From NCBI RefSeq assembly GCF_009914755.1, contig NC_060931.1: 64,000 nucleotides of DNA; one strand, 5' to 3'. The position numbers and the translations under genes were made by a program. This stretch comes from the human T2T-CHM13v2.0 reference genome, Homo sapiens. This document shows positions 60,887 to 64,000 of the stretch, piece by piece; position 1 is the first letter of the stretch; each line of letters begins with the position of its first letter. The notes beneath the pieces were generated by a model. That model did not search any database and had not been told where the DNA came from. It saw only the letters and a program-made list of their open reading frames with translations.

Positions 60887-60914
60887 CTTGAAACATCAAA
60901 ATTTATGAGATGCA

Positions 60915-61500
60915 GCATTGGCCATGGCTAATGGTTGAGATGAATAGTCAGAAACCTGGAGAAAACACAACTGGAGAATTGATAGAAGGCATGATGGACA
61001 CAATGTAAGAATATTCATGTCACGTATGATTACAGCAGCAAGGAGGGTACCCATTAATTGATTAATCAGGTAGATAAGATGACTCACCTTGTAGATGTCA
61101 AGTTCTTTTCCCAGCCAACGTCTTCTTATAAAATGAAATTCATGAACAAAGTGACCAGATTGCCACAATAGAGGTCATGCATGGGCTTAAAATCATTCAT
61201 TTTGCCTCACCAAGATCAAGCTGGCTACTGTCACTCTTAGGCATGTAAACTTTATCCTGAATAATCAACTCTGAGGCTCTGGTAATGTATTGCATGTCGG
61301 AGAACAAATTAGTCACCAGGGGCAGGTTTGATTACATGAGCTCCCTTTTATTATTTAAAAAAACAGCAACTTATCTTAACAGAAATAAATTTTCCTTCAG
61401 GATTTGAATTTACCTTCTCTATTCATAATGTTTCAGCCAAATGCTATATACTTCCCAAATGCCTCATTTCCTATCACAGAATCCTACGTGATAATGTGGC
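60915..61500 (+). mobile_element. ERVL internal (pol RNaseH-integrase) remnant
   Basis: 'catgaacaaagtgacc...catgggct...ctcaccaagatcaagctggctac...ggcaggtttgattac' follows the ERVL HEQSGH / LTKADLAT / WQVDY region. Confidence 0.75.
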
Positions 61501-62699
61501 TGTTCATGTAGGACAAAGCAGAAATACAAAGAACATCATTGCACACAAATCTCAATGTATATCTCAATATGCATCTATAATCATTTCCTTCATCTGAATT
61601 AACAGAAGTGGAATTTTCTTGCCCAATAACTTGATATAATATATATTTAATATACATAGCCAAATTGTTCTCGAGACATTTTTATTACTCAACATTACTA
61701 CCACAAAATAAAAAACAGCCTCTTTCTCTTCATCTTCACCAACACTAAAAATCATTTCATTTAAAAAAACACGGTTTGCTGATGTAGTAGGAGAAAAATA
61801 TGACTTAGAGGTGCATTAATTTGTATTTTATTAATTATTATGGCATTAAATAGATTTCTATGTTTATTAGTCATTTACATTTCTTTTTTTGTAAACTATC
61901 TATTGCCCACTCTAGTAGAGGGTGTTTATTTTATTGATTTGGTAGCATGATTCTATGTTCTTTATCTCCCTCAATTAGTTGTTTGTCTTTAAGTTTTGAC
62001 ATGTAAAAGACCAAAGATTCTATGTTGCCAATTCTATTCGTGTTTTCTTTTAGCATTTCTTCCTTTGTGTGTAAATACACAGCCTTCTCCACCCTCAAAG
62101 TTATAAAAATACTCAAATACTTTATTTCCCTTCAAGTTTCCTATGGGTTCATCAAAATATTACTTTATGTTTCACCTAAAGTTTAAATATTGTGTTATGC
62201 ATTACTATTGAGTAAAATACAGTTTATTATTATTTAGACTCAAATAAGAATCTATCTTATTACTCTGAAATAGTTAATACCTATTTTACAAGCTTAAAAT
62301 AGAACAATTTGTGATGCTTTCTAATGTTGAAATCATAAATAGCTTGTATTTGCCACAACATATTGGGTTACAATATTTTCACTTTGTTCTTTCCTCATCT
62401 TTCTTTAAGGATTTGTCATATACCAAATTAACCCCAGGATAGTGTTCCTTCGGTATTTAATCTACTCTTTTTCATTGCAGATTTAGATAAATACAAATAA
62501 TCCACCAAACTGAGGATTTAATCTACAACTTACTTATGCTTGAAAAGCTTATTCCTAAATTAATTTTGTGGCCGTATTTCCACACTCACTAAAAACAAGC
62601 AAAATGAAAATGGTTAGTAAAATGTTCAAATTTCTTCTACCTACAGCTCTATTCCTACAATTTTTAAAGAAATTATCACTTCAGACAATAATTTGAGAG

Positions 62700-62858
62700 T
62701 TATATTCTTCTCTGCAAACAGGGCTGTCCCAATATTTTGTTTTTTCTGGAAGCTTCCAAAAACTCTTCCAAGAAACTTTGATATCTTCTGGAATTTCTAA
62801 CAGCTTGGAATTCATATTGATTTGATTCTACATCAGGTGTTCTTAAATATCTTTCCTC
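62700..62858 (-). other. Candidate terminal coding-like exon
   Basis: After ...tttgatttaag|, a phase-0 frame gives 52 codons (EERYLRTPDVES...PCLQRRI) and then TAA; non-repeat sequence. Confidence 0.35.
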
Positions 62859-63228
62859 CTTAAATCAAAGATTGTAAAAAATTGAATTTAAATAAGAATG
62901 TACTTTGTCACTTGAGATTATCTCTAAAGTAGCCCCCCACGCCACTTCATTGTCATGCAAATGACTTCCTTTAGAAAGAAACTATATTACATACAGTATA
63001 TGACTATATATACCCTATATTCAACCATATACTGTTGTGATCATTATGAAACTGCAAGTCTTGTCTTGCCAGATTTAAGAGATAAATATATCTAATTAAT
63101 ACACTGCTATATTTTTTAACTCAGCTTTATAGATTATGAAAAAAACATGCATAAATACTGCCAAGATATATATTTTCTTTTGCAAAAGCTTCCCTTTTAC
63201 TCTGTTTTCAGAGAAGAAAAATACGTAC

Positions 63229-63305
63229 TTCTTGTTTTGGAAATGGAGATTGTCATGGTCCTTGTTCTCCTTACTGATCACAGACTTTTCTTTCATGTAA
63301 TACAT
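63229..63305 (-). other. Candidate exon (77 nt)
   Basis: Acceptor ttttctaatgatag; donor GAA|GTACGT; purine-rich, exon-like composition. Confidence 0.35.
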
Positions 63306-64000
63306 CTATCATTAGAAAATCATCTTTAAGATCGTTCAAGCCAACAAGAAAGTGTCACAGTATCAGTATCGCCACAGACATAGTGAAAGAATAGAAAATT
63401 ATCTTAATTTGGTTTCTCTTAATTTAGCCACATTAATTCAGGCTAAAGTCACCTGATTTATGAGAGAAGAGAGCTCACTTTTTATACAAACCTCTTATTT
63501 TGTTCCTTTTAATACCCTTTCCAAAACCAATCTTTGAGAGAATATTAATTTTCTAAGTTTTATTAACTGAAAAATTTTCATTCTAAATTTATGATATACA
63601 TATGATTAATCAAGAACATTACAAGACCACTGCTAAAAAATTATTGGTTATTCCCAAATTTATGACTGTTTGTACAATTTTCAGATATGTTTTGTTTTTT
63701 CCAAGAGTTAAAATCGTGACTTTTGATTTTATCGTGATTTTTCAATTAACTGTACACATTGAAATTTGGAGGGTTTTTTTTTTAAATATTTTTCAAATTC
63801 AAGTCACAGAAATTTGGAGTTTTCCATTAATGACAACTTCATGATTTGTGCTATAGTGAATGCTTTCTGAGAAATCAGATTAGTTAGTGACATATTTCTA
63901 TGATCTTTAATTGCATGTCTGACAATGTTTGCAAATAAGACTTTATTGCAGTCTTGGCTTGATAATGTATTTTCCTAGCCTACCTATCTCAGGGGCACAT

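Larger units (their letters stand above)
57050..60912 (+). mobile_element. Old L1M 5' portion (ORF1 and ORF2 endonuclease remnants) with nested inserts
   Basis: ORF1-like MAEERISEFEGRSIGIIQFEE; ORF2 endonuclease-like 'gttggagatttcaata' (VGDFN) and 'aacacaatggaat'. Confidence 0.8.

Overview
This is AT-rich primate (human-like) genomic DNA, intergenic or intronic, dominated by interspersed repeats: about 30 Alu/FLAM/FRAM copies, old and primate L1 fragments, MaLR/ERV1/ERVL LTRs, an ERVL pol remnant, a near-full-length Tigger3/Golem transposon, hAT/Tigger MITEs, and MIR and L2 relics. I found no complete protein-coding gene, tRNA/rRNA or CRISPR array; nearly all listed ORFs are repeat-derived or chance. 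Four leads stand out. (1) Three minus-strand candidate exons with perfect AG|GTAAGT donors lie within about 1 kb (19.1-20.0 kb), downstream of a minus-oriented MER21 LTR, and splice into one open frame. (2) Two minus-strand exon-like segments at 62.7-63.3 kb splice in frame but carry two nonsense codons. (3) A BC200-derived retrocopy is inserted antisense into an Alu. (4) A perfect 112-bp tandem duplication spans an Alu junction. Repeat subfamily names come from recalled consensus sequences and boundaries are approximate. The sequence alone does not demonstrate a novel biological system; the exon models are hypotheses.
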